The position numbers were made by a program, and so were the translations under genes. Positions 12,771 through 27,700 of a DNA stretch of 64,000 nucleotides are shown here, piece after piece. The stretch's first letter is position 1; every line of letters starts with the position of its first letter. Source of the DNA: Catajapyx aquilonaris (lineage: Eukaryota); the NCBI GenBank assembly GCA_000934665.2, contig KZ537975.1, positions 1 to 64,000 on the forward strand, written 5' to 3'. The notes under the pieces are model-generated. The model was not told the origin of the DNA, did not search any database, and was given only the letters and a program-made list of their open reading frames with translations.

Positions 12771-15700
12771 TGATATGCCTATTTGCATATATATCAAAAA
12801 AATATGAAAAATGACTGGCTCGAACCCCCATTCATCGAGTGATATACAGTCACGTGCCATGCATTTGCGCAATTACTTGCATTCTGGACCCGAAATAGGC
12901 CAATCAGTTGTCCACGACATAGCTCGAATGTGCGGCCTTGTGAACTACATGGTGGTCTCGGCACAATCGCGGCCAGTCCTCGAAAGTGGGACAGACGTGC
13001 AAATAGTATGAAAGATTATCCGGACGAGTCCTTTCGCCATATCCATACATGCTACAGGGTGCATGCAACTTCCATCCCTGCGGCTTAATTTATGACCAGG
13101 ATTTAGTTGGTAGCAGGACCAGATTTATATTTTAAAAAAACATCCGCCCACTCTTGGTGGGACAAAAAAAGTATGTAACACCCACTGTGTCCGATTCGAT
13201 TCGAACCAAACGCGATTGAATTCTGGGGCCGTGCTACATCATCTAGCACCGTGACCTCTGAGGTCATCCTGAATTACCTCTTTGTTTCTATGCATAAGCT
13301 TCCCCAGCGAGTACACACCTGATAAGATCGGGTACCCCCGGAGGCTAACCTGAGGACACCTCCGGATCCTTGGTTCACACCACTTCATTTTCAAAAAGCT
13401 CTTGAAACAAGGCAGGTTGGAAGACAAGCGGAGGAGGTGAGAGAGAAAGGGCGGGTAATTAGCACCTCAGGAGCCCAGGGGCGAAGGGGGTAATTACCTG
13501 AGGCGCCCCCTGGAGATCCAGGGTCTCCCCGTGGCGCACACTCTTGTAGCGCACCGTCACCTTTGACCTCCAGTCCGGGAAATAACGATGGGCATGCGCT
13601 GGACCACTCGTCTCTTTTCAGTGCAGCCTCACTCTTTGCTTTCTCTACACATGGTACAAAAAGACTGTTTCTTCAATCTTCATATGGGATAATTATTTTC
13701 TTTACCACATAACCCCACCCTACAAGCTGTAGGCCTAAGTCGTTCTTTAGAAAGGTAAAAACAGAGCCTCTTGGACACAGAGAGAAGGTAAATGGCTACG
13801 AGAGCACGTTCTTGGAAAATCCGCTTATTCACTCCGGACCATCAAATCGAGCAATGGCAGCGTGACAATAAGAACCATGGCGAGTGTCACGACAAGTTCG
13901 TAGTGACAAGTAGAAATTGCTTTTCTTCCACTAATGGAAAAATACAAGCCTTGCTGGACACATTTGGTGAACAGTTAGTCACCAAGTGATGTTGACATAT
14001 CGCCCTCCCGAGGAGGTCAACAGAATACCCTCTCCCCATTTTCCAACAGCCATTGTTGGGAACTCTTTTCTGCGGTTGTCTCGTCCGGTGATTCAACGGC
14101 CGCGACTATTGTTGCTGTGGGTCAGGGGCAGAGGGGAAGTCCATTTGTTTGCCATTACAGGCCAGAACCGGAGGGACGGATTCCAATTCTCCAAGCCAAA
14201 CAGTTGGAAGTGGAAGGTTCCTTTTTTTTCTTCTTTTCTTCTCAAAGGTGGTCGCGGCAGACAAAAGGTGGCGGGCCTAATCCTGCGATAGTATGCGCAG
14301 CGGCACGCGCACCTTTTTTTCTTTTTTAAACAAGAGGAAGGGATGGTACACCCTGTAGATGACCAGCAAAATTTTTTGGTCTTCTCTTTCGCCACCGACA
14401 TGACAAATTACGCTGAGGCTCGACCATGGCTCAATTTGCATTGTCCAAAAAGCTTGCCTGTCATCTCGGAGAATGTCACCTCTTTCTTCACCCGAAAGGA
14501 AAACAATGGCGGTCGTGCGGATATGCGTCGAGTATTATCGAAACTCAGCATCGTTGACTTGTTGGTAGCCGGAAAAGATCCATCGATTCACTTACAACGT
14601 TTTGACAAGTGCAGTCTCGTATGGTGAAAGCACAATGGCCTCATGTCCACCTCGGACGTCACAAGCTTCCACGGCTCGTTACGCGGTTATAGGACATCAG
14701 CATACAGTATGCCCAACAATAGACACGCCCTTACAAAATTAAATATTTGAAAAAAATATTTTGATGTCTGATTCGGACATGGATGTCACCAAATTCTGCG
14801 CAATTTGAGCTTAATGGTCCACTCGGATGGGAGTAACTCCTCACGTGTTTTCTGGTGTCCAAATAACCCCCATTTGGGATGACTCGGGACCAGTGCAAGA
14901 ACAAAGGCGCAGTGGTTTTCACCGACACCTAGTCATTGACGATGATAGCGGCTTTCCTACTGTTTGCATTGTTTTCCTCGCCCTCCTAAAGGCACGTTTG
15001 GCGTCGTGGAGGCCTCGCTGGAAATTATCAATGCTGAGTTGGCTGATGTTTGAGGACCTCTTTTTTTCTCTTTCGTTGGGAGACTTCATGGGGGGAAGGG
15101 GTAATGAGCGGAAATGGCCGGAAACTTGACTCGCCTGGACTCGGCGCTAAGAACCCAAATCACAGTTATTATTCATTATTTCAGGGTACTTTTTTCTTCG
15201 GAGCGTTTCGCCCAGTACAACTATATTAACTCGTGCGTCATACACGGGGGTTGCTTTAAAAAAGTGTGTCACGTGAGGTATTGGATGTTGGCAGTGTGCA
15301 CAAGGTATTTACTACGAGCAGAAAAAGCCGGTTCAGATATATTCTGTACAGGGTTCAAGGCTACCCCAATACAAAAAGTTACATGCCAGTACTTCATTCA
15401 AACTTGCTCATTAAATCAGTAAAAGGATTCTTTGTCTATAGAAAAGTAATTGTTGCAATGATATTTTAAACATTAAAATCTAGAGTAAATTTTTGACTAC
15501 TAATATTCTAATTATATATGACTTTCTGAATGACCTGTTATTAATTATAAATTTATTTGACTTAATTTAGCCTCAGTTCAGAATCGCATGTTACATACTG
15601 ACCCAATATTACATTGAACACTGAGACAACAAGAAGTGAGTAAGTCTAACTTGCTTTGTAAGCTGAGCCATTGAGAGAACCCTTCGTTTTTTACGTGCAT

Positions 15701-18700
15701 CCCACGTAACGTATTCTTTGCTGAGACGCAAAAAAAAAAGTTCCCTGGTTGCATCCCTTCGCAGGATAACATTCAAACACAACGGCTCGATATGTTGTTA
15801 GTATTATTGTCATTCAACAAATTTCCTTCGGAATAAACTGTTCCATTTTGTCATGTTGTGTTAACTTCGTGTCTGGATAAAATAGGTCGCTTTCAATGGA
15901 ATTCCGCTGCTTTACAACATAATAAAGGTGGAAAAATTACGACATGTTATGTAAATTCGTTTTCGAAACTACGTGCGGTGTGAGTTACGTCAGATGACAA
16001 TGAGCAACCTCTGATCTTATCTGTCGAATCAACTCCGGGTCCTGTTGAATGAGCAGTGCATGCACCTTGTATGACTTCCCGGTACACAGCAGTCCTGATG
16101 CATGCCTGCACGTACCGCCACTACAAGTACTCCAACTGCACAATTGCCCATTGACTCCCGTCCGTTACGCAATCCATCTGGTCCAGCAATCCCTGTACAC
16201 CGACACTGTTCCTCCAAGTTTCCCTAACGAGCCCCATAGTTATCCCACAACACAACACAACTCCTCGACCATCGTGACGAGCGCTGACCTATCTCTCCAA
16301 TTAAATCTTATCTCGGCTTTTAATGGGTAATTAGAGCTATTTGTCTCCTTTGGTGAAATCTTTATTGCTGGAGGGGAGAGAGAGAGACGGAAAGGTAGGT
16401 CGGAGAGGTGCTGCACTGAAGTTGCCAACAAGACTCTGCCATCAGGCTTTATCAGGATCTGAGACTCACCACCCCGATCTCATCCTCGTGTTTCCACTGG
16501 AAGTACGGCCGTATATTTGTCTCCTTTCCACAGAATTTACTCGCGGTCCCAAGGTCCGCTATCTCCGCTTCTAAACTATACAACTATACAGCACGAGCGT
16601 CCTTCCCTCCTCCTCCTGAAAGCGGATTTATGAGATGCAGGACGCGACATCTGAGAGTCAAACAATGCAATCATGCACATACGCATTATGTTCAGACACG
16701 TTCCGTGCTACTTTTAGCAACCGCATGCGTGTCTCCATAAGTACGGACTTGCGACAGATGAGGCTGTCTCTGCGACCCTTATTTTTTTTTTTGCAAAGAG
16801 GGCATAGACCTAGTGTTCGTGATGTACCGGTCAGCGTCCATGCGGCTGGACAGGATGGGCATTCAAGACTCGGTACCGCCCTTGTCCGGTTCTGATTAAA
16901 CGGGCTGGTTACAAGATATCGATAGTCCGGAAACGGCAGGTGCTCCAGCATCCCCGAATTTGTGTGTATTGCACCTGCGTTTAGTTCCCATCGAGTGGAC
17001 CCCTGCCTCCTGAAAGCACCCTGGTGAGCTGCCCTTGACCCCAACGACCATGCTGATGGTGGGAGGCAATCTGGGAAAGGAATTCCCCAATTAGGATCCG
17101 GGACATATCGGCATTTGAGATCTTCCTCGCACCGGAACGCGATCCGTGGGAGAGATTTCAACGACTGAATGGACACAGATCGCCTGAATTACCCCTGTGG
17201 TGGCCGCTTCCTCTGCCAATTCCGAGTCAACCATGCATACACATGTGAGAACAAATCACTGTCCTTCCGCAATGGGGGCATATGTTAGCACAGGTGACTT
17301 GACCGTGATCCTGAGGGCACTTTAGTGGGGGACAATAGCTACATTCCTGACTCTGTTTGCCTTTCGGTGGATAGCTCTCTGTCAATTTTTAAGCAGATTC
17401 CTAGCCCCCGCATCAAGGGGTTATTCGTCGTAAAAAAGGAATTCAAGCGGAGTCATTTCCGCCAGCTGGGCAGCAGCATTTTGACCTCTGCATGGTTTGA
17501 ATAAAAGAGATGCCCTTGGTTTGCTTGGTGGTGGGGGTCAGGAGCCTGTGACTGAGAGCATGACAAACGAAAGGTCAGGTGCTATTGATGTGGTGCATTG
17601 ACACGGATATCAAATACGACCAGACGCTTGTTTTTTTGTGTGTTTGGACGGAGGGTGAAACACAATGAAGGGAATATAAAAAAAACACTTATTGTAGCTC
17701 GGACCTTGACTCTGAATATTTCTCGAATAAAATGTATCCCAAGTGAGCAGTACTTGTACCGAATCTAACCTTGGTTTTATCTCCAACTCTGTTCCATCAC
17801 CTTTTTTTCTATTTTGAAGCAATCAATCTGAAGGACAGCCTTATTGTGGTAGGATTATGCAGCACCAGTCGAGTGCTAAAATGACGCACCGTTCTTTGCC
17901 TGTTCACACCAACCGGATATACACCTACAAAAATCTCCAAGGTGTATCCTCCATTTTTATCGGCTCGAAACTTGTCTTTAATCTGCATGGTCCATATGTT
18001 CTGTGTTTCATACCCGCAGGTATTTCAGCTCCAATCACGAAGGACAACCTGTTGCGAGTGGCGTATAATCGCGTTACATGAATTTGATTACCAGACACGC
18101 TAATAATCTCTTTTCCTCCAAACTTATGTTACCCATTTGGCTGTCATCTCCAGGCTGGACAGGAATCCAAGTATACGAATCGGAATTGAGGACTGGAAAA
18201 AAAACTTGTAATCCCGCTGCCTTTTTAACCATTCATCGCGCCGACTACATGCGCTTTGCAGTCACAACGTCAAGACTTTGAAAGGAATCGAAACTAACAT
18301 TCTATTCGAGGCAGGTGTGAATTTGGCTCCCAGGAATCTTGATGCACGCAATGAAAATCGAGCAGATGGTTTTACCTAAGGGATTATTATCCGTTTTAAA
18401 CAACAACGGTGTGAAAATAACCCGGATAAGATCTAGGCTCACGTTATGCGCCGCATTTGTGCATTTCAATGGGTGTGAATTAACACCCTTGTTGATTGAT
18501 TCTCCATACACTCCTGAAAGAGGGGAGTGAGCATACCCATAACCCCGGGTGTGTAATATCCAAATTAATTCCCCTCGACATCATCTTTATACCCTTAGGG
18601 TCACCCCCCTGAAGATATATAGGAAATTGTGTAAAAGGGAAGGCATTCTTGGTTCCAGCTCCCCGGGCCGCTTTTCTGAGAGAACCCATTAAAACGCCAT

Positions 18701-21700
18701 GTCTACATTGTGATTCTCTTTGCGGGCATAACGTATGGCGGCGCTCCGGCCACGGGGGTCTTTTATTCCGATCACAACCCGTCGGACAACACGGCCCAAA
18801 GGAATGGCCATTGCTCTGTCGCCCTCCGAACACGGCTCCGACTCGGAGCCCGCGATAAATTTCGCCGCCTATATGTATAAGAGGAGTTCAGGCTCGTAAA
18901 TAAAGAGGCCTGCCTCTAATTTAGGAGTCCGATTTTCTTTTCTTTCGCGGACTAGGGTCGGTTGCACCGGAGTGTACCCTCTCGCATTGGAAGGGGCTTC
19001 ATCACTAGTGATTTATGCGGGCACCTATATGAGACAGGGCCGGTTGAAAATTGCCTTCGGTCCGGACAGTGGAGCAGGATTAAGTGCGCTCATTTGGGCG
19101 CAAATAATTTGACACACGGAGCTACAATGCATTCTTCATCTGCCGACAAATTTATCACCTGGGGAGCCACGGGGAATGATGGAACTGTGTAATTGGCTAC
19201 CACTACGCCTTCTGCAATGGATCTGCTCCCAATATGGAATGACCCGTTTAAATTGGAACCGGGCACTCAAAATTAAATTTGTCTAATTAGCGACGATCAG
19301 GCTGGCAAAACATTGTACAGTCTGTTAAACGAGTATCTTACCAGACCAGACCAAGAAATTAGCCTACAAGCCCTCAAGAGGATGCTAATTTCTTGGTCTG
19401 GTAAGATACTCCTGTAACCGACTGTACACATTCTGATTTGGTGAAACGATCTCAGTGCCACTGAACGGATGATATAAAAACTGTATCGCCAGCGCCACTC
19501 AACGAATGGTCGAGAAGCTGCCACATTTGCGAACTTTTGGCTCGTAAAAAGGCTTCTGGGGGTACAAAAACGACCCCACCTTAGTACCCCCTGGTGATTA
19601 TAACGACTTTGATGGCAATCGAGCCTTTCGTCGGGCCATCCTTAAATGACGAGGCCCCGTCACGATGAGGAGGACACGCCGAAGAATGCGGCTTCTGCAC
19701 TGGTAGCCGCATGATGCGCAAGACAGGAACCCCCAAACCGGAGGAGAGGTATGGAAACAAGTTCTTGCTTACTTGCTTTGCTTGCTTGCCCCCTACCATT
19801 AGCAAGTGTGCTGCTGCTGATGGCCCGTGTGTTATGTGCGCCGGCTCGGGTGTTCGATAAGGACCCATCGGACCCGCAATGTGGTCGAACCGCCCAATTA
19901 ATATGCCATTACACACACGCGCAGGTTCTGATCGAAGCGTGTCAAAGTTCTGGGTGGGTGGGTTGAAACTTGCTTTTTTTTATATATAATTCAAGAAGAA
20001 GTCACTATCTTGCGTCCAAGGAGGTCTGCGTCGAAGGCAGGACGAGAAGCGCTCGAATTATCGTGACAGCCACCGGAGACCTTTAATGGGCCTTTAACTG
20101 AAAACCTTTGTAAGACACGATTCTCCACGAGTTATGGGGGAGTCTGATGCAACTCGTTATTGGCCCGTTGAAAATATGCATTTTCTACTACAAAAATTCC
20201 ATGCGTGGTAGCTGCCAGCGAAACCACAAATCCTGGTAGTTCCCACAAACAACGCAGAAATATGACGCTAATTCGTCCTTTTAGTAAAAAGCGGCTCGGT
20301 ATCGCACATATTTCATTCCTCACAAAAATATACGGTTCCTGGAATGTTGCGAGCGGAGTCTCCCACGTCTTGGAAATATATAAACGGGCCGGTTGGAAAT
20401 AATGTGGTGGTCGTTTGAATATATCCTGCGAGTTGACGCGAATAGCCAGCGGCGTGTGGCCTTGTTATCAGCAATATTCTAAGAGAACTCATGCCCGAAT
20501 TTATGGCCCATTACTTCCCTGCTATCAAATCAGCCCTTTGATTGTCAAGCCAAATTACCTGCTGTCAGTTATTCTTGCCGGGGTGTTTAGGCGTAGGTAT
20601 TCCTAGTGTGTGACAGTAGGATATATAGTCAGGATTAGTGCCTCGAGAGTGTTGCTGACTCTTGACACCTTCCAAAAGACTAGCAGAAAAAAAATAAGTT
20701 GCCCTTTCTAATAATTTGACACTAATAAGCCACGCTCATGCTACAAAGTGTACGACTTATGGCGAGTATTAAAGTAACGTTGCTGGTAAATGCTGGACGA
20801 TACACTATCTACCTTCAAGTCGGCATGAAGTGGTTGTATATATGACTGGGTAAACTTGCTAGGAATGAACATGTTGACATGAAATGATCACCCAAGTAAA
20901 CGTGACACTATTTGCTTTTTTTAGGTACTCGCTTTTTATCTTCAGAAAAATTATGTGGACTGGTTTGTGCGCAAAAAATGGATCTTTTTTGTCGCAGGCG
21001 GCACAGTTCAAAAATAGTACGGTACATTAACATATTCTTCATAACCAGCTCGTGACAGTGCACCATATTAAAACCTGTAAAACACATCTATTCGCCAAAT
21101 GTAGACTTCATCCTTGGATATACTTGGACGTTTAATAAGTCGCTAACCGCAGCGAATGGAGGTGAAATGAAGATATTTACGCTTCTTATGATGTCAGTGT
21201 ATGGGTGTGGGGTCAGTGCGTGAAAAGGTCGCATAAGGTACGTTTTAATGCGAGAGCCTTGACTCAGCGGTACGTCCACGCTTAAAAAGATCGGGATAAA
21301 AAATAACACCCTCTAATTACGCATATTTGGTGCTTTCCACCTTTTGATGTCGGCGAAGGTCTTTATTCCTTTTCGAGTAACAGAAAAAAAAATCGGGGCC
21401 GTTTTATACGCTTATTCTCGCGGATTTATCGCAACGCCCCATGCTCAAAATATGGTTATAAGTGGGAGGAGCCTGCATTAAAATCGGGTGTGAAATGGCA
21501 CGACATTGCCGTAAAACCAATTTGAAATGGGCACATCCCATCCACCTTAGCCTCGGAATTTTTTTCCGTTTGGCTCAGGATGTGTGCTTCCATTGTTGGA
21601 CTCACCTGTGACAACAACAGTGACAAAACTTGGAGCTGCTGGCCCTTTTTGGCGTGTGTACTGAGCCATGGGGTGAATCACTTCTTCCGTTTAAACCTAG

Positions 21701-24700
21701 CTTACTTCCCCCCCCCCCTCTTCCACCTGTACAAACCATGCAAACAAAACAAGCCAGCCATGAGATGGTAATTGCCATCGGTCGAGGCCAAAGCAATCAT
21801 CCTCCTTCCGGAACAACGACAGATTTTACCCCCCTTCAAAAATGGTTTTTTGATAAAAATTGTTGGCATAGTTTGAAGGAAAACGTTGCGTGAGGTCTGT
21901 GTAACACTAGGTCTCGTTCCCCTGAACAATCACTTGAAAAAGAAGTGGCTGGAATTCCATTCTCAAGTGGTGCTACCACCAGCGACGTGCAAAATTCCTT
22001 GGCTTTTTAAAACACCTGAAACTGGCTTTTCCCCTCCTGATGTTTGCTGACTCCTTACACCTCATCTCCTCTAATGCCTTTTAGCACCCGGGTGATACCA
22101 AGAGGATATATTGCCAACCCGATGCACAAACACGGGTAGCTGCTGCAGATAAATAATAAATTAGGAATTCCGATCAGCGTGAGGCCAGGCTCGATTTATG
22201 CTGATGGACAACTTGTAATCACATGCAAATTACAATTCATAGAAACAGAAACCCTGCAGTTAACTTTTTGCGGCCTGCTCTGGATAATTTTTATGATCGA
22301 ACCTTAATATGCAAAGTGGGGCTAGGAGTTAAATCATTTTCAAACAACTCTTGCACCCTACTTGGTGACATGCCCCCTCTTTTCAAAAAAAGGGGGGCCG
22401 ACAAAGTGATCCGTTTCTATGAGGAATGTAACAAAACCGTATTCATCTTTATTTCAAGAGCCCTTCCGATCAGCGGCTTCTCATGACCACCCAAAGTCGC
22501 CCTTTTCTTATGGAAATGTTCCTCAGAGGCCCGACCAACTACTGGAATTACATGGGATTAGAGGAATTTATGGCCTGGGTAGCTCGGGCCGTGTCTGGAT
22601 AGCAAAAAGTGCGCTTGATCGGGGATATCATGTGAGAAATCTTTGTTGCCGTTTATAAGGTGAGTAGTTCTGTTATGGATGATGATGGAAAAAAAACTAG
22701 AGGGGGGGCAAAAATTGGGAGGATGCCTGAGGGGGGTTAGAGATAAGGAGAAAAAATGCCCATATACGTGAGCATGAAATTACAAAGGTAGCCGTGTCAT
22801 TAATTACAAGCCCAACTGCCTTCCACCAAATCTTCACAGAATCGATAGGGTTTTAAGCACTAATTGTCTACAGATTGATACTACGACAACGAGAAAACTG
22901 GATATACATTTTCTAAGTTATGAACCGAGGTCGGATTTTTTTTTCTCGTTTTCCAACCCTTTGGCTAGCCCTTCTTTTTTTAAAAAAATGTGAAGAAACT
23001 TTAACAAGCCCTCTCTTGAGGCTCGCCATATGTCGGGCATGAAAGCCAATAATTACAGTCAGTTCGGGCATTTTTTATTCAGTAATTAATTTAGGAATAC
23101 TGAAAGTTTCTCACTTCTTGGAAAACGTGTTCGAGTCATTGAGCATGAACACATTTTTAAAAATCTGACATATTGGAATCTGTACATACCATACGATACT
23201 TTTGTTCGTGTTTTTTTGTATTATCTCCTTGCCTGGTCTCAAAAGCTTCAAATATGTTTACATGTTTCACGACAAAGAAATATACGGTACAGTATGTCAT
23301 ATGACACATTGCATGCGACACTTGGCACAATTCTAGCATTATGGCTCACATGACCTGGTCGGAACGCGATATGAAACAATATTTTTTGCGAGATATGTAC
23401 TGCAAGTGGGCGTAAACACAAAAAAAACATGAATGATTCAGATGCTGAGTATCTAATACCTTGCGGATCAATCATCACCGAGGTCTGAGCAAGAATTGCA
23501 CAGGAGGCGTAATCATTATCTCCCAAGGAAGAGGGTTTGCTGCCTCCCAGGCCGTTATTTCCCGATCAGGACGGGTGTTATTATGGCCCATGATTATAGT
23601 CTCCCCTCGGTTAGTCGCTGCTGGGTAGCCCCTTGCATATTAGCATCATCATTATTATTCCCTTCATTGATTAGAATTTGCCTGCGCGACTGTACAAGGC
23701 TGCCGCGGTACAGCGACATACACAACACTTCCTTTCGATTAAAGTTTCAGTTCCTGCACATCACCTATCGATTAAATGGCCCCGTCTTGATCAGATAGAA
23801 ATCGGAGCCACGCCACTTTGCTTCGGGTGCTACTGCCCGCTGCTAATCAGATCTTGGACTATGGTAATTCGGACCACTTTCTATACTGCTGGCTCGGAAG
23901 ACACTGGCCTCGGACTATGATGTAATTACTATCCTACATTGCAACCTACATTCCCGTGTCAATAACTGCCAATCACACACACAAAAAATAGATCTTCCTC
24001 CCCCCCAACATGGCGGTGATATCATCAGGCTGCAACACCCACTGGCCGGCACGTGTTATGGTTTTCCCAGCTCATCCCAGGTGGTATCCCAGGTAGGGTG
24101 CCATTAATAACCATGGGAATTAATTATTGGTGTAGTCCTGCTCATTTAGTACCATGTAATGAGTGTCGTGTCTTTGCCGCAAATGACTGGTTGAAGCCGG
24201 AGCACACCTACGTGGAAGGTTGTTATTAGGCAGCAAATGAAGACCCAAGTGGTCCAGCCTGTTCGTTTTGCTGCCTTTAGGTAAAATTTTTGCCCACGCA
24301 CACCTCTGCATGCAACCAGTGGGTGCATAGCCTTATTAGCTGCACTGACGACAGAGACTTTTGTCACACACTGGACCATCCAGTTAGTCCCCCTTATTGT
24401 GACCAGACACAGACTAAAACCGCAATGTGGGTCCCCTCCTATTTAGCCATCAAGGCAGATGTGGAAGTCAAAGGAGGTTTGGCGTGGATAATCGAGCCAG
24501 TTGACCCGCGACCTCTCCCCGACGCAGCTGTCCAACTTCAGGCATCACTCAAGAGGAAGGCACACTGCTGGAAATTCCTTTTGAACAGAAAGACTAGGGG
24601 GTATAACCCTCCATTCGGAACAGTACGAAGAGAGCCCTAGACAGAAAAAAATTCTCAAGGAGAGAGCACGTTAGGAATTAATCAACTCCATCTAAACTAA

Positions 24701-27700
24701 GCAGTGCGAATGGTATGATGGAGTAGCCCATGGACCAACATGCAGATGTCCTTTTGGAACCCCCTCTTCCTCTGGACAGTTGAGATAATGATTAATGCCG
24801 CCTGAGAGGGCCTCTTCACACCGATGAAAGGTGAGGGAGCGCTTTTTTGCAATGCCTTTTTGGACAACCCCACTTCCCAGACGGGCTTGGTTGCCTCCAA
24901 ACGCTACCTGCCATTAATATCATTGTCGTCGGGACGACATTAGGATAAAAGTGGCTAGGAATTGAAAAATCGGGTCTCGCGAAGGGTGTTAACTCGAGGG
25001 GTCTTCTCCGAAAGCTCATAACTATCAATGGACCTTCCCAATCTGAGGTCGCTTAAGACCCGCCTTTGAATTGTGATGGTGACACTGTCGGTCGGTTTGT
25101 GATCATCCCAATGAGGTGATTGACATGGCGTGACTTTTTCAACAGCAGTTTAAAATTAGCGGCTCCGGCACTGTTATTAGGTTGGATGGTTTCAAGAAAA
25201 TCCCGGTTTGATCACGTAGAAACAACGGACAGGTGAGGAAATGAGGCTGAGCTTCACGCACTTATCTTACGGGAAATTTCCGCCTCTTGATGACACTTTC
25301 GGTTGACAGGCGCGTTTCCGACACTTTCTCTACCGTCGATTTTAACTAATCTAGAACGGAAATGCGTTCGCAGATTAAGCGCAAGAATCCGAGAGTGTAA
25401 ACAAAACCGTCATTTTCTTCGGGGTTTTTGAGTGTTTTTCCGTGACCGGTAATGACACGCTTCCCATACGTGGAAGCGCGCAGTTGACACTTTGGGGTCA
25501 CGCCTGACAAGGAATCGCGACAGGCGACGCGCACTGAGCAAGCAATGATTTCCTGGTTGCGTAGGCACCTCACGTAATTGCACCGTCGTGTCAAGGCCGT
25601 CGTGCCATACACTGACGGACATGAAGCAGGCCCATTTTTGGAACATCCGTTTTTTTTGTACCTATAGTAATGATGACTGGATTGCAAATGTTTACTCTAA
25701 AGAACAAGCCTTGCCGGTTTATCAACAGCAGTGCTCAGCATGCCTCGTGTTTCGGGACAATGGATCGCTCATTACCATATCAGATAATTATTGGGCCTTA
25801 ATTGGATCTTTTGAGTGCGCCAGTACGGATGGTAGCAATTACCCCAGGACGGGGGTCAATTGAACCCTCTCTGCAGAGACGACATCTAGACGTCGTATCT
25901 GAACGATCTTTTACCTGCCATCTAGGGGCTCTGATGAACTCAGCGGAATCCCAACAGGCCAGATGAACAAATCGCATCCAGATTCCCATTGTGTTCAGAA
26001 CCTTCTCCATCATAGTTCACCGGGGGCTCGGAGGATCAACCCCCCATAGTTCGCAGGGGGGCAGCACCAGATTACAATATCGTCATCAATTTCACTTCAG
26101 ATCAACCCCTAGGTGGCCACAAAATGTGCATGTACCATTTTTTCCCACCCTAACTATTTGGCAATCAATTATTAAATTTTACGGCCAAACACCCTGTACC
26201 GGAACGTAGTTATTATTTTTAATTAAACGTCCTTATCATTAGACGTGTATTGGTGAAAAATATATATAACTACCCCGTAAAAAAATCACCTCGCTGACAT
26301 AAAGCAGCTCTCCTTGGGTCACGCTACTAACTTCATACGCCGAGTAGATTTTGGACTAGCTCGGAAAATTTATGGTGATGGGGTGATAGGCATCGCCTGG
26401 AAAACCCTGGTCATGGTCGAGAGGCTTCCGGAAGGAGGGCATAGAATAGGCTGGACGGAAGCCTTTCAATAAAATATTTTAATGCGACGCTTACACGCGT
26501 TTTGGAACCATCCCGGTGGATAATATTCAAGGACGTTGCACTATTACAGTCTATACTAAAAATATAGATCGTTGAATAGGCCGTGCTCTTCTTCTCTCTC
26601 CGGGTCATTTCCATCATTAAACGAGGGCGTCGCAGACATCGGGCAGTAATCATTAACCCGAACTTATATGGCTGTAAACTTGCATCACCATCTCATTTCG
26701 CTCCACAACTGCACTGTCATGGATTTTATAAAATAGATGATGAGATAACCTGGACGCTTCTTCGCTGCCAAATAGCGCTGCGCCTTTCACGCCTTTCTAG
26801 CCGCTCAGGAATAAACCGGCTGTAAAAAAAAGGATCGGCCTATCATGCAGGGTGGTACGTTGCCCAAGCCCAAGTTCAACAATATAAATTTAAAAAAAGT
26901 TTTATGATTTTAAAAACTTCGTAAACAAAAATATGATTTTCTCGAAAAATCTGTTTCCCATATTCAATGTAAGGAAAATGAGTGTCATATGTCGTAGATT
27001 ACGTGCTTAAGATTTGTTTACATTTTGAAGGAACGAAAGCAACACATTCATTGGTAGTAATTATTGCTTTAAACTGGTTATTGGAATAAGCTACACATTT
27101 CTCCCTCAACATTTCTCTAGACCTGAGCACCCACCCAGTGTAACCCACTTTCAATATGCAAAATTCCGCCAGAAGCCCTGCACGGGTCATTAGGTGCCCA
27201 CTTTCCGCGCCGGGGTCATTAGAACGCGCTGAAAAATTTACATTGGAGGGGATGCCAGGAGCAGGCCTGTAATTTAAAACTGGCAATTGTCTGGCTTCCC
27301 CTCAGACTGAGCCTACACCCAACCTGGTTGAGTGATATTGATGCCTGCCCCTGCGAATACATTTTCCCATCCTATAAGGGACCTGTTTGGATATGGAAAG
27401 CTAAGCCATATTCAGAAATCCGGACTAACTATAGCCAGAGACTAACGTGGGCATTTGAGCAGCGTGACGTCTCGCACGCAGCGAAACCCGCAACTCATCC
27501 GTCACTTGTTTGCTGCGTTCGCTGCGTCCCGCTGCGATGGCCGGGAGGTGGCGTTTATATCTGGGGTGGGGGCGATGCTATCAGAAAATGGCCGTGTCGG
27601 AACCCCCCCTGCCTGCTGGGCAAGGGGAACGACGCCAAACCCCAGCCCTTTTTCTCTCTGAGGATCACCGACGGTCCGGCTTATTAATCGGTTGGATATG

